Source: Terriglobia bacterium (GTDB taxonomy: Bacteria > Acidobacteriota > Terriglobia > 2-12-FULL-54-10). From it: a DNA stretch of 64,000 nucleotides. The translations under genes were made by a program, and so were the position numbers. Position 1 is the stretch's first letter. Every line of letters begins with the position of its first letter. The notes beneath the pieces were generated by a model. The model saw nothing but the letters and a program-made list of their open reading frames with translations. It did not search any database and was not told where the DNA came from. Location of the stretch: positions 544,001 through 608,000 of the forward strand of contig CAXVYR010000004.1 of assembly GCA_963666975.2 (NCBI GenBank), given 5' to 3'. Below are positions 9,469 to 19,728 of this stretch, piece after piece.

Positions 9469-11190
9469 ATGCAGAAGATGCAAAAAATGCTGCTTGGAGT
9501 TCTGATATGGCTTTTCCCCGTTTCTCTGTTGGTGGCGCAAACAGCCCCCGAAACGAAGGTCACATCAGAAGAAATTCAACAATTGCAGGAGCAGATCACT
9601 GCCTTGCAGGAAAAGTTAGATAGCGTGCTGAAAAGAACGGAAGATTCCCGCTCCGGCGAGATGGCGGAGACGCAAACCTCCGGCAGCACCGTCGAAGGTA
9701 TTCCCAGGGAGCAAGAAGCCCAACAGGCTCCCGGCCGGGGGCTGACGGAGCAGGGGTTGTATGGAAGCCTGGCAGCCGGCCCCCCGGAACAGAGATACGG
9801 CCGGGGAATTTTCGGCGATGCCGTCACCATCGGCGGCTACGGATCGTTCCGTTTTGAGACCAACAACATCGATATGGGACCGCGCATCGGCAACCTGCCG
9901 CCGGTCCGCAGAGGCTATGACGGATTCGACTTCCGGCGGTTTGTCCTAACGTTGGACGCCGCACCGGCAGAGCGCTTGCGGTTTTATACCGAGATTGAAT
10001 TCGAACGGCTGAACAAAATCGAAATCGAGCGGACGGCGATTCCGGAAAACCGCGGTGTCCGCAATCGCGCCGGCATCCGTTTCATCCAGGAGATGGAAGG
10101 CCAAAGCGGCGGCGAGATCGCCATGGAACAAGCCTGGGTGCAGTACGATTTCGCCGACTCGATCGGCCTGCGCATGGGGGTTGTCCTGCCGCCCGTCGGC
10201 CGGTTCAACATCCTGCACGATGACGATTACTGGGACCTTCCCCGCCGGACGCTGGTGGACCGCGGCGGGCCCGTGCTTCCGGTGAAATCCGCCTGGAGAG
10301 AACTCGGCGCCGGCCTGCTTGGCAACATACCCGTTGGACAGGGCCATCTGGACTATCAATTCTACGTGCTGGGCGGGGCGCGGCTGGATTTCACCCTGGA
10401 AGAGGTGGTCTCTTTGCGGGAGGGCAGAAACTTGGTGGAGTTGGAACCGGAGATTGCCTTTGCCTCCGGCCCCTTTAACGGAACCGACACTGCCGATGCG
10501 TTCAGTTGGCGGGTGGCTTATAGCCCGGCGCTGGGCAGCGAGTTTGCTTTTTCCGGCTATCACGGACAGTACACGCCCGATTACTTGAATGTGAACAGCT
10601 CGATCAACTCCGTCGCCATGGACGGCAAGCTAACACTCGGGCGATTTGAAGTGGAGGGGGAGTTTGTTTACACCGACTTTGGCCGCATGGAGGCCGTGCT
10701 CGGAGACATCGCCGCGCAGGCGGTGGATGCAGCCGCTCAGACCAGCAGCGCCGAAACGGCCCAACTGGAGACGGAAGTAGAGGCGGAGTTCGCCGGTCCG
10801 CTGACCAACCAGCGGTACGGCTACTGGGTGGACTTCAAGTACCGCTTCTGGCCCCGCTTTCTGGACCGCACTTTTCTGGGAAGAGGTTTTGAGAATCCCC
10901 AGCTGATCCCCATCGTTCGCCTGGAACGCATCTGGTTCAACGATTTCGTCAAAGGATTCGATTTTTCGGATGGCAAGACTACAAGTCTCGAAACGGAAGA
11001 CATGGAGCAGCAACGGACCACTGTGGGCCTGACATACCGGCCGGCGGCCTCGGTTGCTTTCACTGCCGCCTTGGAACACAACCAGCGAATCCAGGGAAGC
11101 ACGCTCATCTTCCCCAACGTTTTGGGGCTGGGACGAGTGCCGGACATATCCTACGACTCGCTGCTGATGGGTGTCACTCTGGGGTTTTAG
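9469..11190 (+). CDS. Outer-membrane beta-barrel porin (OprO/P-like) with N-terminal coiled coil
   Basis: Sec signal peptide; coiled coil IQQLQEQITALQEKL; amphipathic strands FRRFVLTLD, FYTEIEFE, EQAWVQY; C-terminal GVTLGF. Confidence 0.75.
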   Translation: MQKMQKMLLGVLIWLFPVSLLVAQTAPETKVTSEEIQQLQEQITALQEKLDSVLKRTEDSRSGEMAETQTSGSTVEGIPREQEAQQAPGRGLTEQGLYGSLAAGPPEQRYGRGIFGDAVTIGGYGSFRFETNNIDMGPRIGNLPPVRRGYDGFDFRRFVLTLDAAPAERLRFYTEIEFERLNKIEIERTAIPENRGVRNRAGIRFIQEMEGQSGGEIAMEQAWVQYDFADSIGLRMGVVLPPVGRFNILHDDDYWDLPRRTLVDRGGPVLPVKSAWRELGAGLLGNIPVGQGHLDYQFYVLGGARLDFTLEEVVSLREGRNLVELEPEIAFASGPFNGTDTADAFSWRVAYSPALGSEFAFSGYHGQYTPDYLNVNSSINSVAMDGKLTLGRFEVEGEFVYTDFGRMEAVLGDIAAQAVDAAAQTSSAETAQLETEVEAEFAGPLTNQRYGYWVDFKYRFWPRFLDRTFLGRGFENPQLIPIVRLERIWFNDFVKGFDFSDGKTTSLETEDMEQQRTTVGLTYRPAASVAFTAALEHNQRIQGSTLIFPNVLGLGRVPDISYDSLLMGVTLGF

Positions 11191-11201
11191 AGGAATGGCA
11201 C

Positions 11202-11861
11202 GTGGCCTTGCGCAAAAACAGAACGGGACGGCGTTCAGCCCGTAGGGCATCTGACCTAGGTGTGCTTGCGGGTGTGCTTGCGGGTGTGCTTGCGGGCCTG
11301 CTTGCGAGTCTGTCTGCGGGTCTGCTCGCGCCTCTGCTGCTTGCGGCGCAATCGGGCGGCTTTCAAACGGAGGTCTACCTGAATGTCGAGGAGGCTCCCA
11401 AGACCGTTTTCCCCGAGGCCGACCGCTGGGAGCGAAAAGATATCCCAGTCACGGCGGCAATGCGCCAAAGGCTCAAGCAACTGGTGGGCCGCGCCAAGCC
11501 GACGATTTGGGAAGCGCTCTACATCACCTTCATCGCCAGCAAAGACGGGCAGGTCATCGGCTACGCGGTCATCTGCGAGGAAATCGGCAAGCACCGCCCC
11601 ATCACCTTCATTGCAGGGGTCACCCCGGATGGGAAGGTAAAAGACGTTGCCATTATGATGTACCGCGAACCGCAAGGCGGCGAGATTCGCCGCAGGAGTT
11701 TCCTGAAGCAGTTTAGCGGGAAGCATCTCAGCAACCCCATCATGCCCCGCCAAGACATACTGAGTCTCTCCGGCGCCACGCTCTCCGTGCGGGCGATGAG
11801 CCGTGGCGTACGCAAGGCTCTGGCCGTGGTGCAAGCCGTTTATCTCAACCCGCAGGAGTGA
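11202..11861 (+). CDS. Extracytosolic FMN-binding (flavinylated) protein
   Basis: Hydrophobic N-terminus; GKHRPITF, YREPQGGEI, FLKQF; flavinylation motif SGAT in SLSGATLS. Confidence 0.9.
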   Translation: MALRKNRTGRRSARRASDLGVLAGVLAGVLAGLLASLSAGLLAPLLLAAQSGGFQTEVYLNVEEAPKTVFPEADRWERKDIPVTAAMRQRLKQLVGRAKPTIWEALYITFIASKDGQVIGYAVICEEIGKHRPITFIAGVTPDGKVKDVAIMMYREPQGGEIRRRSFLKQFSGKHLSNPIMPRQDILSLSGATLSVRAMSRGVRKALAVVQAVYLNPQE

Positions 11862-11891
11862 GCGCGAACGCAGCAGCAATAGGCCATCAGC

Positions 11892-13079
11892 ATGACGACC
11901 CGTATCCAACAGCGGAACACCAGCGAGCAACGGCGGCCAGCCCGTACCGGCGGCATGGCCGCGACGTTTTCGCTTCTCGCCCTCGGGGCATTCTGTCTGT
12001 GCGCGCTGCCTGCCGGGTCCTCCGGCCCAGCGTTGCAGTTGGTGCGCAGAGCCCATTACCAGATGGGCACAATCTTTGAGATCTCCGCCTACGGAGAAAA
12101 CGCCCGGCGCACCGCCGCAGCCATCGAAGAAGCCTTCGCCGAAATTCGGCAGGCCGACCAGATGATGAGCGACTATCGCGCCGACAGCGACCTGACCCGG
12201 CTGAACCAAAACGGCGGTACGGGCTTTGTTGCCGTCCCGGCTGAACTCTACGATTTGTTGCAGGAATCGGTGAAATTCTCCAGGCTGACCGGTGGCGCTT
12301 TCGATGTGACCGCAGGCCCGTTGGTGACAGCCTGGCAGCAGGCGGCCGGACAGAAAAGGCTGCTGAGCGATACGGAACTGCGTCAGTTGCTCCCCTTGGT
12401 GGGCGATGCCCGTCTGGTTTTTGACGACCAACAGCAAGCCGTCCGGTTTGACCGGCCCGGAGTCCGGGTGGACTTGGGCGCAATCGCCAAGGGCTGGGCG
12501 GTGGACCGGGCCGCCGCCGTTCTGCGCCGACGTGGAATCACGCGTGCCCTGATCAGCGCGGGAACAAGCACCCTCTATGCCATCGGCTCGCCTCCCTCGC
12601 AGCCCGCTTGGGAAATCGGCATTCGCCATCCCCTGAGTGCAGATGTAGACGCGGATGTAAAGGATGATGCGAATCAGAACGAGGCAACCATCCTGGCCAC
12701 GGTGGCGCTCAAAGATGAAGCGCTTTCCACCTCGGCGAGTTACGAGAAATACCTGGAGATCCAAGGGAAAAATTACTCCCACCTGCTCGATCCCCGAAGC
12801 GGAATTCCAGCCGAGAGAATCCTCAGCGCGACCGTGATTGCTCCGACCGCCGTGGAATCAGACGCTCTCTCCACCGGAGTTTTTATTCTGGGAACGGAAC
12901 AGGCGGCAGCGCTGCTCCGGCGGCTGGAGTTGTCCGGGCCGAAGTTGTCAGGGCTGAAGTTGTCCGGAATTGTCGCCGAAGCAGGTATACGGGGCCCGGA
13001 AACGATCGTGCGCCGGATCGGCGCTGAGCGAAAAAGAGATTTTGTGCTTTTACAGCCAGTCAAGGAGAACCGCCGATGA
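11892..13079 (+). CDS. apbE: FAD:protein FMN transferase
   Basis: QMGT, S..TRLN, GAFDVTAGPL, DLGAIAKGWAVD, STSASYE, YSHLLDPRSG, SDALST. Confidence 0.95.
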   Translation: MTTRIQQRNTSEQRRPARTGGMAATFSLLALGAFCLCALPAGSSGPALQLVRRAHYQMGTIFEISAYGENARRTAAAIEEAFAEIRQADQMMSDYRADSDLTRLNQNGGTGFVAVPAELYDLLQESVKFSRLTGGAFDVTAGPLVTAWQQAAGQKRLLSDTELRQLLPLVGDARLVFDDQQQAVRFDRPGVRVDLGAIAKGWAVDRAAAVLRRRGITRALISAGTSTLYAIGSPPSQPAWEIGIRHPLSADVDADVKDDANQNEATILATVALKDEALSTSASYEKYLEIQGKNYSHLLDPRSGIPAERILSATVIAPTAVESDALSTGVFILGTEQAAALLRRLELSGPKLSGLKLSGIVAEAGIRGPETIVRRIGAERKRDFVLLQPVKENRR

Positions 13080-13612
13080 CTCGGATTAACCGGCTTTGCT
13101 TATTGCGGGATGGCTCGTACAAAATTCACATGGTGACCGGATTGGCCGCCGCCCTCTGGGTCCTGTTGCTGGCCGTGACCGGCGTGATGATGAATCATCA
13201 GGAGTCGCTCGGCTTGCTGGACGCCGAGATCAGCGACAAGTATCTTCCCGGCTCCTACCGGGCCGACGTCCGGACGGGCACGACCCGGCTCAACATTATT
13301 GTCACCGACCTTCACTCCGGACGCATCTTCGGAGCCCAGGGAACATGGGTCAGTGATCTGATTGCGCTGTTCTTGCTCGTGTCGCTCACCTCGGGAGCCT
13401 TTTCCTACTGGATCAAGAGACGATTGCAGCGCGGCAACCAGCAACACCTCCAGCCGTCCGCCGAAAGCACGCTTCGTCCAGTCAACGGGAAATCAACGGC
13501 GCGAGTTTCCGTCATGCCTGGGAAAGTTGCCGGGAACGGGTACTCCGAAGGCCGGCACCCCCCAAACCAGCACGCTGACGAAAATCGGAGCAGCCATATC
13601 GGAACCGTCTGA
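13076..13612 (+). CDS. Short PepSY-associated TM-helix membrane protein
   Basis: HMVTGL...VTGVMMNH, DLHSGRIFG and a final TM helix; ATGA overlap with apbE. Confidence 0.8.
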   Translation: MTRINRLCLLRDGSYKIHMVTGLAAALWVLLLAVTGVMMNHQESLGLLDAEISDKYLPGSYRADVRTGTTRLNIIVTDLHSGRIFGAQGTWVSDLIALFLLVSLTSGAFSYWIKRRLQRGNQQHLQPSAESTLRPVNGKSTARVSVMPGKVAGNGYSEGRHPPNQHADENRSSHIGTV

Positions 13613-13847
13613 TGCAGCAGGCGGAGAATCCTCCGGGCCAACTTCCCTGCTCTGGTTGCAACCCGGCTTAAAAAGCTCCACCGTCAACGCGCCTCAACAT
13701 TTCAAACAGCGTTATCTCCCAGCCACATCGATAATTTCAACCCGTGACAACCCGGAGCCGGTATAATTTCCGGAACCACTGTTCACTCGGTGTTTACGTG
13801 GCGGGACGAACACGGAACTTCCATGTCAAAGAGAGGAACCCTATTCC

Positions 13848-15227
13848 ATGGCGACAAAATATGACGCGATCATTATCGGCACGGGACAGTCCGGGCCGTC
13901 CCTGGCAGGGCGGCTGGCGGCAGCGGGGATGAAGGTGGCCATCGTCGAACGCAAGCGCTTCGGGGGCACATGCGTCAACAACGGATGCATTCCCACCAAG
14001 ACGCTGGTGGCCAGCGCCCGCGCGGCCTACATGGCGAGGCGCGGGGCCGATTTTGGCGTGGAGATCGGCGGCTCCATCTCCGTGGACATGAAGAAGGTCA
14101 AGGCGCGCAAGGACGCCGGGGTCAGGCGGTCCAACGAAGGCGTGGAAAAGTGGCTCAAGACGATGAACAACGGCACGGTCTACGAGGGCCACGCGCGCTT
14201 CGAGGGGCCGCACACGGTGAGCGTCGGCGCCGAATCGCTTGAAGCGGAGAAGATATTTATCAACGTGGGGGCGCGGGCGCTCGTTCCGTCCATGCCCGGC
14301 ATTGCGAGCGTGAAATACCTCACAAACTCCAGCGTGATGGAGGTGGACTTCCTGCCGAAACACCTGGTCATCATCGGAGGAAGCTACATCGGCCTGGAGT
14401 TCGGCCAGATGTACCGTCGCTTCGGAAGCGAGGTGACTATTGTGGAAATGGGCTCCCGCCTGATTCAGCGCGATGATGAAGACGTCTCGGAAGCCGTCCG
14501 GGAAATTCTGGAAAACGAGGGCATCCAGGTCCGCCTCAACGCGAAGTGTATCACCGTAGAAAAACGAGGCAATCAGGTAGCCATTAACCTCGATTGCGAG
14601 GGTGGCGAACGAGAGGTGGTTGGCTCGCACCTATTGCTGGCGGTGGGCCGCGTCCCCAACACAAACGACCTCGGCCTGGACAAGGCAGGGATTGAAGTGA
14701 ATCAGCGGGGCTTTATCGTGACAGACGACCAACTGCGCGCCAATGTGCCCGGCGTCTGGGCTCTGGGCGACTGCAACGGCAAGGGGGCCTTCACGCACAC
14801 CTCCTACAATGACTACGAGATCGTGGCGGCCAACCTTCTGGACAATGACCCGCGCCGCGTGAGCGATCGCATCCTCACCTACGGTCTGTTTATCGATCCG
14901 CCGCTCGGACGGGCCGGGATGACCGAAGCCGAGGTGCGGAAGTCCGGACGGAAAGCTCTGATCGGCAAAAGACCGATGACGCGCGTCGCCCGCGCGGTGG
15001 AGAAAGGGGAAACCCAGGGCTTTATGAAGATACTGATCGACGCCGGGACGAAACAAATCCTGGGGGCGGCGATCCTGGGAGTGGGCGGCGACGAGATCGT
15101 CCATTCCATCTTGGATATCATGTACGCCAAAGCGCCCTATACGGTGATCCAGCGTGCCGTGCACATTCATCCGACTGTTTCGGAGCTAATCCCAACCATG
15201 TTAGGGAGTCTCCATGCGCTGGAATGA
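13848..15227 (+). CDS. FAD-dependent pyridine nucleotide-disulfide oxidoreductase (MerA/RclA-like subfamily)
   Basis: GTGQSG, GGTCVNNGCIPTK redox disulfide, GGSYIG, C-terminal HIHPTVSE; no MerA C-terminal Cys-Cys. Confidence 0.92.
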   Translation: MATKYDAIIIGTGQSGPSLAGRLAAAGMKVAIVERKRFGGTCVNNGCIPTKTLVASARAAYMARRGADFGVEIGGSISVDMKKVKARKDAGVRRSNEGVEKWLKTMNNGTVYEGHARFEGPHTVSVGAESLEAEKIFINVGARALVPSMPGIASVKYLTNSSVMEVDFLPKHLVIIGGSYIGLEFGQMYRRFGSEVTIVEMGSRLIQRDDEDVSEAVREILENEGIQVRLNAKCITVEKRGNQVAINLDCEGGEREVVGSHLLLAVGRVPNTNDLGLDKAGIEVNQRGFIVTDDQLRANVPGVWALGDCNGKGAFTHTSYNDYEIVAANLLDNDPRRVSDRILTYGLFIDPPLGRAGMTEAEVRKSGRKALIGKRPMTRVARAVEKGETQGFMKILIDAGTKQILGAAILGVGGDEIVHSILDIMYAKAPYTVIQRAVHIHPTVSELIPTMLGSLHALE

Positions 15228-15548
15228 GTTCCCGGAAACCCGGCGATACCGAGTGACTAGTGACCACTGGCTTGCGTATTACAACGGTGGCTTAGACCGG
15301 ATGCTTAGAAAATTGGGCGCTATTTGTGATACCCTTACCACTTCTCTTTTGGGAACACCGAGGGCAGCACAAGGGGCGGCACAAGCAAACCCCGCCTTGC
15401 CCGAATTCAATCAAAAAGCCATGAGCGCTGCACACACGGCCATTGTCGTCAGTTCGTCTCGCCCCGGATGTTTGTTGAAGGTTCGGGAGAATCTCGCCTC
15501 CGGGGCCAGGCACATCCGGAGCCAAAGGATTTCCAGGAAAAAAGACCA

Positions 15549-16928
15549 ATGGCCTTAGCCCAAAATTCTCTGGCGACTCCTGCAGAACTGGCAGAGTGGG
15601 TGCTGGACGCCCGCGAACGGTCCTTCGAGCTGCTCGCCGACCTCACCGATGAACAACTTTTCGGTCCCCGCCTCCCCATCGTCAATCCCCTGCTCTGGGA
15701 GATCGGACACGCCGCGTGGTTTCAGGAGAAGTGGGTCCTGCGGCACGTCTGCCGGGAAAAGGCGATCCGGGCGGACGGCGACGACCTGTTCGATTCCATT
15801 GCGATTGCTCACGACACGCGCTGGGATCTGCCGCTGCCATCGCGCGAGGAAACGCTCGCCTACACGCGCCGAGTGCGCGACCGCGTTGTCGAAAAGCTGC
15901 AGCAGGGCCAACCGAGCGAGGAGATGGTCTATTTTGTTCTTTATGCCATCTTCCACGAAGACATGCACACCGAGGCATTCACATACACTAGGCAGACGCT
16001 CCAATACCCGTGGCCGCGTCTGTCCAATGTCCCGGAACGGACGCAGGCTGGCGCGTCACACGGCCGCGTCACCGCAGAGGGACCATTAGAAGCCGGACCA
16101 TTGGAAGCCGGGCCAGCCACGGGCGACGCCGAGATTCCCGGCGGCGAGTTCCTGCTGGGGGCGGCGCCGGATGAACCGTTCGTCTTTGACAATGAAAAAT
16201 GGGGACATCGCGTGGATGTGCGGCCATTCGCTATGGCGCGCACGGCCGTCACCCAGGCCGCCTTCCGGGCATTTGTGGACGATGGCGGTTATCGCCGGCA
16301 GGAGCTATGGAGTGAGCAGGGATGGCAATGGCGGCAGACCGAGGGCGCGGAACAACCTGTCTACTGGCAGCGGGATTCCGGCGGCAACTGGCTGCGCAGG
16401 CATTTCGACGAATGGGTTCCGCTCGAACCGCACCGCCCCGTCATCCACGTCAACTGGTACGAGGCCGAAGCGTATTGCCGCTGGGCGGGCCGCCGGCTGC
16501 CGACAGAGGCCGAGTGGGAGATTGCAGCCGCCGCTGAGCCCGGCCCGAACGGACGGGGACTCTCTCCGCATAAGCGGCGTTTCCCCTGGGGCAACGAGCC
16601 TGCTGCCCCGGGGCGCGCCAACCTGGACTGGCAGGCGCTGGGCTGCATGGACACGGGAGCCCTTCCGCAAAGCGATAGCGCCTTCGGCTGCCGTCAGATG
16701 ATCGGCAACGTATGGGAATGGACGAGCACCACCTTTCTCCCCTATCCGGGCTTTGTGGCGGACCCCTATAAAGAATATTCCGAGCCCTGCTTTAGCACGA
16801 GCAAGGTTTTGCGCGGCGGCTGCTGGACAACCCGCGCGCGTTTGCTTCGCAACACCTGCCGTAACTTCTACACGCCGGACCGGCGGGATGTGTGGGCGGG
16901 ATTCCGGACCTGTAGGCTGGAGAAATGA
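15549..16928 (+). CDS. senA: Selenoneine synthase SenA (EgtB-like DinB + FGE-sulfatase non-heme iron enzyme)
   Basis: [23 protein letters not shown] (H-x3-H-x-E), [20 protein letters not shown]; directly upstream of senB. ATG 15549 preferred. Confidence 0.85.
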   Translation: MALAQNSLATPAELAEWVLDARERSFELLADLTDEQLFGPRLPIVNPLLWEIGHAAWFQEKWVLRHVCREKAIRADGDDLFDSIAIAHDTRWDLPLPSREETLAYTRRVRDRVVEKLQQGQPSEEMVYFVLYAIFHEDMHTEAFTYTRQTLQYPWPRLSNVPERTQAGASHGRVTAEGPLEAGPLEAGPATGDAEIPGGEFLLGAAPDEPFVFDNEKWGHRVDVRPFAMARTAVTQAAFRAFVDDGGYRRQELWSEQGWQWRQTEGAEQPVYWQRDSGGNWLRRHFDEWVPLEPHRPVIHVNWYEAEAYCRWAGRRLPTEAEWEIAAAAEPGPNGRGLSPHKRRFPWGNEPAAPGRANLDWQALGCMDTGALPQSDSAFGCRQMIGNVWEWTSTTFLPYPGFVADPYKEYSEPCFSTSKVLRGGCWTTRARLLRNTCRNFYTPDRRDVWAGFRTCRLEK

Positions 16929-17974
16929 ACATTTGCATGATCACCCCGGCCCCGGCGCGCTCCCGGAAAGGAAACCGGGTGACCGCGCTCCGGTGGGCCC
17001 GCATTTTACGCGGACTTGGCCACAAAGTCGTTGTCGAGCAGGAATACCGAGGCCTGCAGTGTGATTTGATGGTGGCGCTCCATGCGCGCCGGAGTTTTGC
17101 TTCCGTGGAGCGCTTCCGGCGAGAGCACCCCGGCTTACCGCTGGTCCTGGGGCTGACAGGCACCGATCTCTATGGTGACATCCATACCGATCCGCAAGCC
17201 CAGCAGTCCTTGGAGATGGCTTCCCGCCTGGTTCTGTTGCAACCGATGGGCATCGAGGAGCTGCCGGAACACCTGCGCGGCAAGGCCCAAGTCATTTTCC
17301 AATCCGTAGAAAAAGCTCCCGGGAAGATTGTTTCCAAGCGACGTGGTTTCCCAGTCTGTGTTCTTGGCCACATGCGCCCCGTGAAAGACCCGTTCCGAAC
17401 AGCGATGGCGGCACGGCTGCTGCCTGCCTCTTCGCGTATCCAGGTGATGCATATTGGAGCAGCCCTGAGCGGAGAGATGGAAAAAACCGCCCGTGCCGAG
17501 GCAAGCTCCAATCCGCGATATCGCTGGCTCGGAGAGCTTCCTCAATGGAAGGCGTTGCGGCAGCTTGCCCGCAGCAGGCTTCTGGTGCTGAGCTCGCGCA
17601 TGGAAGGCGGCGCCAATGCAGTCTCGGAAGCGCTCGCGGTTCGTGTCCCCATCCTGGCGTCGCGAATCTCCGGATCGATTGGAATCCTGGGTCCGGATTA
17701 TCCAGGCTATTTCCCGCCAGAGGATACGCAGGCGCTGGCAACCCTGCTGGAACGGGCAGAAACAGATTCGAACTTTTACCAGACACTCGAGACTCAGTGC
17801 GAGCGGCTGACCCCTCTCGTAAATCCTGCGCGCGAGCGCCAGAGCTGGAAGTCCCTGCTCAAAGAACTCCCTATCCAGAACACTACACCGGAAAGGAAAC
17901 CTGAACATTGCAGCCCAGAACAATGCAGCCCAGAACGATACAGCCCAGAACGATACAGCAAAGATTCACGCTGA
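16925..17974 (+). CDS. senB: Selenosugar synthase SenB (GT-B glycosyltransferase)
   Basis: [50 protein letters not shown] motifs; ATGA overlap with senA. Confidence 0.88.
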   Translation: MNICMITPAPARSRKGNRVTALRWARILRGLGHKVVVEQEYRGLQCDLMVALHARRSFASVERFRREHPGLPLVLGLTGTDLYGDIHTDPQAQQSLEMASRLVLLQPMGIEELPEHLRGKAQVIFQSVEKAPGKIVSKRRGFPVCVLGHMRPVKDPFRTAMAARLLPASSRIQVMHIGAALSGEMEKTARAEASSNPRYRWLGELPQWKALRQLARSRLLVLSSRMEGGANAVSEALAVRVPILASRISGSIGILGPDYPGYFPPEDTQALATLLERAETDSNFYQTLETQCERLTPLVNPARERQSWKSLLKELPIQNTTPERKPEHCSPEQCSPERYSPERYSKDSR

Positions 17975-18936
17975 TCGACGCCCAGGTCGACAGCCACCCT
18001 GCCACCTTTGCCCAGGAAGTGGAAACCGGACTGACCAGCAGCCCCAAGAGCCTTCCCTGCCGCTACCTCTACGACGAAGAAGGTTCGCAATTGTTCGAAG
18101 AAATCTGCCAGTTGCCCGAATACTATCCTACCCGGGCCGAAGCTCAGATTCTCCAGGAGCGGGCGCAAGAGGTCGCATCCCAGTTCTCTAAGGCGATTTC
18201 CCTGGTCGAACTCGGCAGCGGAAGCGCCGCCAAGACGCGTATTCTTATGGAGGCATTATTGCACCGTCATGGGAAGCTGCGCTATGTTCCCGTGGATGTC
18301 TCCCGGACCATGCTGGAGGAAAGCTCCCAGGACCTGCTGCAGGCCTACCCGGATTTGGAGGTCCTCGCCATTGCCGGCGAATATCACCACGGTTTCCCTC
18401 ACCTGAAAGCGCAGTCGGATCGCAGGAAACTGATCCTCTGGCTTGGCGGGACATTGGGCAACATGGAACGTCCGGAAGCGGTCAGCTTCCTGCGCACGGT
18501 GCGCGATGCCATGTCGCCGGGGGACCTGCTCCTGATTGGAGTGGACCTGCGCAAAGATCGCACGGTTCTGGAAAAAGCCTATGACGACTCCCAGGGGGTT
18601 ACTTCCCGCTTTAACCGCAATATCCTGGCCCGCATCAACCGCGAACTCAAAGGTAACTTCGACCTGGACACCTTCCGGTACAGCGCAGTCTATGACGAAG
18701 AAGCGGGCCGGGTGGAAATGTGCCTGGTGAGCGAACTAGCCCAGCAAGTTTCCATCGAGAGGCTGGGCATGAAAGTTTCCCTCGAGGCTGAGGAAGCCAT
18801 TTACACAGAAAACTCCTACAAGTATTCCCTCCCGGAAATACAGGCTCTGGCCGCGGACGCCGGACTCCGCGTTGAGCAGCAATGGCTCGACGACGGCAGC
18901 CGCTTCAGCTCAAACCTGATGGCTCCCAGCTCATAA
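17908..18936 (+). CDS. egtD: L-histidine N-alpha-trimethyltransferase
   Basis: KSLPCRYLYD..GSQLFEEICQLPEYYPTRAE, ELGSGSAAKT, AYDDSQGVTSRFN, IYTENSYKY. Confidence 0.94.
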   Translation: MQPRTMQPRTIQPRTIQQRFTLIDAQVDSHPATFAQEVETGLTSSPKSLPCRYLYDEEGSQLFEEICQLPEYYPTRAEAQILQERAQEVASQFSKAISLVELGSGSAAKTRILMEALLHRHGKLRYVPVDVSRTMLEESSQDLLQAYPDLEVLAIAGEYHHGFPHLKAQSDRRKLILWLGGTLGNMERPEAVSFLRTVRDAMSPGDLLLIGVDLRKDRTVLEKAYDDSQGVTSRFNRNILARINRELKGNFDLDTFRYSAVYDEEAGRVEMCLVSELAQQVSIERLGMKVSLEAEEAIYTENSYKYSLPEIQALAADAGLRVEQQWLDDGSRFSSNLMAPSS

Positions 18937-19266
18937 AAGGCTTCCAAATCAATGCACCCGTCATGCCACGGGGTAGGATACCAAACAGGTCAGAACCGTC
19001 TGGCTGGGGAGGCAGTCAATAAACAGAAGGCGCCGCAGCTAGATAGGATTTGGATCGCACTCCCCTGGAAGAAACAGATAGCAGAACCCAATAGAAGCGC
19101 CTGAACGGATTTTTCCCGGCTACGAGCTTTTCGGATATGCTATAGTGCTTTTGTTATGGCACGCCGCGTTGAGAATCCGGGTTCTCGGACTCATGTGGTG
19201 TCTACTTTCGCGATCGAGGCTTTTTTAATCAGGTCATTCCGACACGTTCATACCAATGGAATCAGA

Positions 19267-19341
<75 letters not shown>

Positions 19342-19728
19342 GTTTTTCAACGACTTGCCCGGCTTACCCCGGCTATGCTGCCCTTAGGGGCGCATCAGTC
19401 TGCACAAACCCCCGAACCCAGTAGGCGACCTCCCTTAGAGGGCTGCTCCAAGACACCTTTACTCTGCCCAACCTAAGACTCCTGCAATTTTGATCGCCTC
19501 CTTATCATCCCGAGCCCGGTCCGTGCTAGCTTCCAGGATAGACCTCAATTACGCATAAACGGGCCAGGGATTGATCGGTTCGGGCACGCCACCCTCTATA
19601 CCTCCTCTTCCTTCTCCCATTGTCCGTGTCCCCCCTATGCCCCCTTTTAATGGGTCCCTCTGGCAGCCTGCCTGGGGGCAGTGGAGCGATCGCACTCCCA
19701 GGGGCATTATGCAGAACGGACAGATCCC

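Noticed and set aside
11256-12782. Long antisense ORFs (also 21077-22372, 40047-41291, 58074-59285, 62955-63905)
   Set aside because: They lie opposite well-supported genes, show no motifs, and are expected in high-GC DNA.
13848-15227. Mercuric reductase MerA
   Set aside because: No C-terminal Cys-Cys, no N-terminal metal-binding domain, no mer genes nearby.
15228-19266. Hidden selD/senC or selenocysteine read-through gene near senAB
   Set aside because: Flanking gaps are only about 320-330 bp and show no SelD motifs or convincing in-frame TGA extension.
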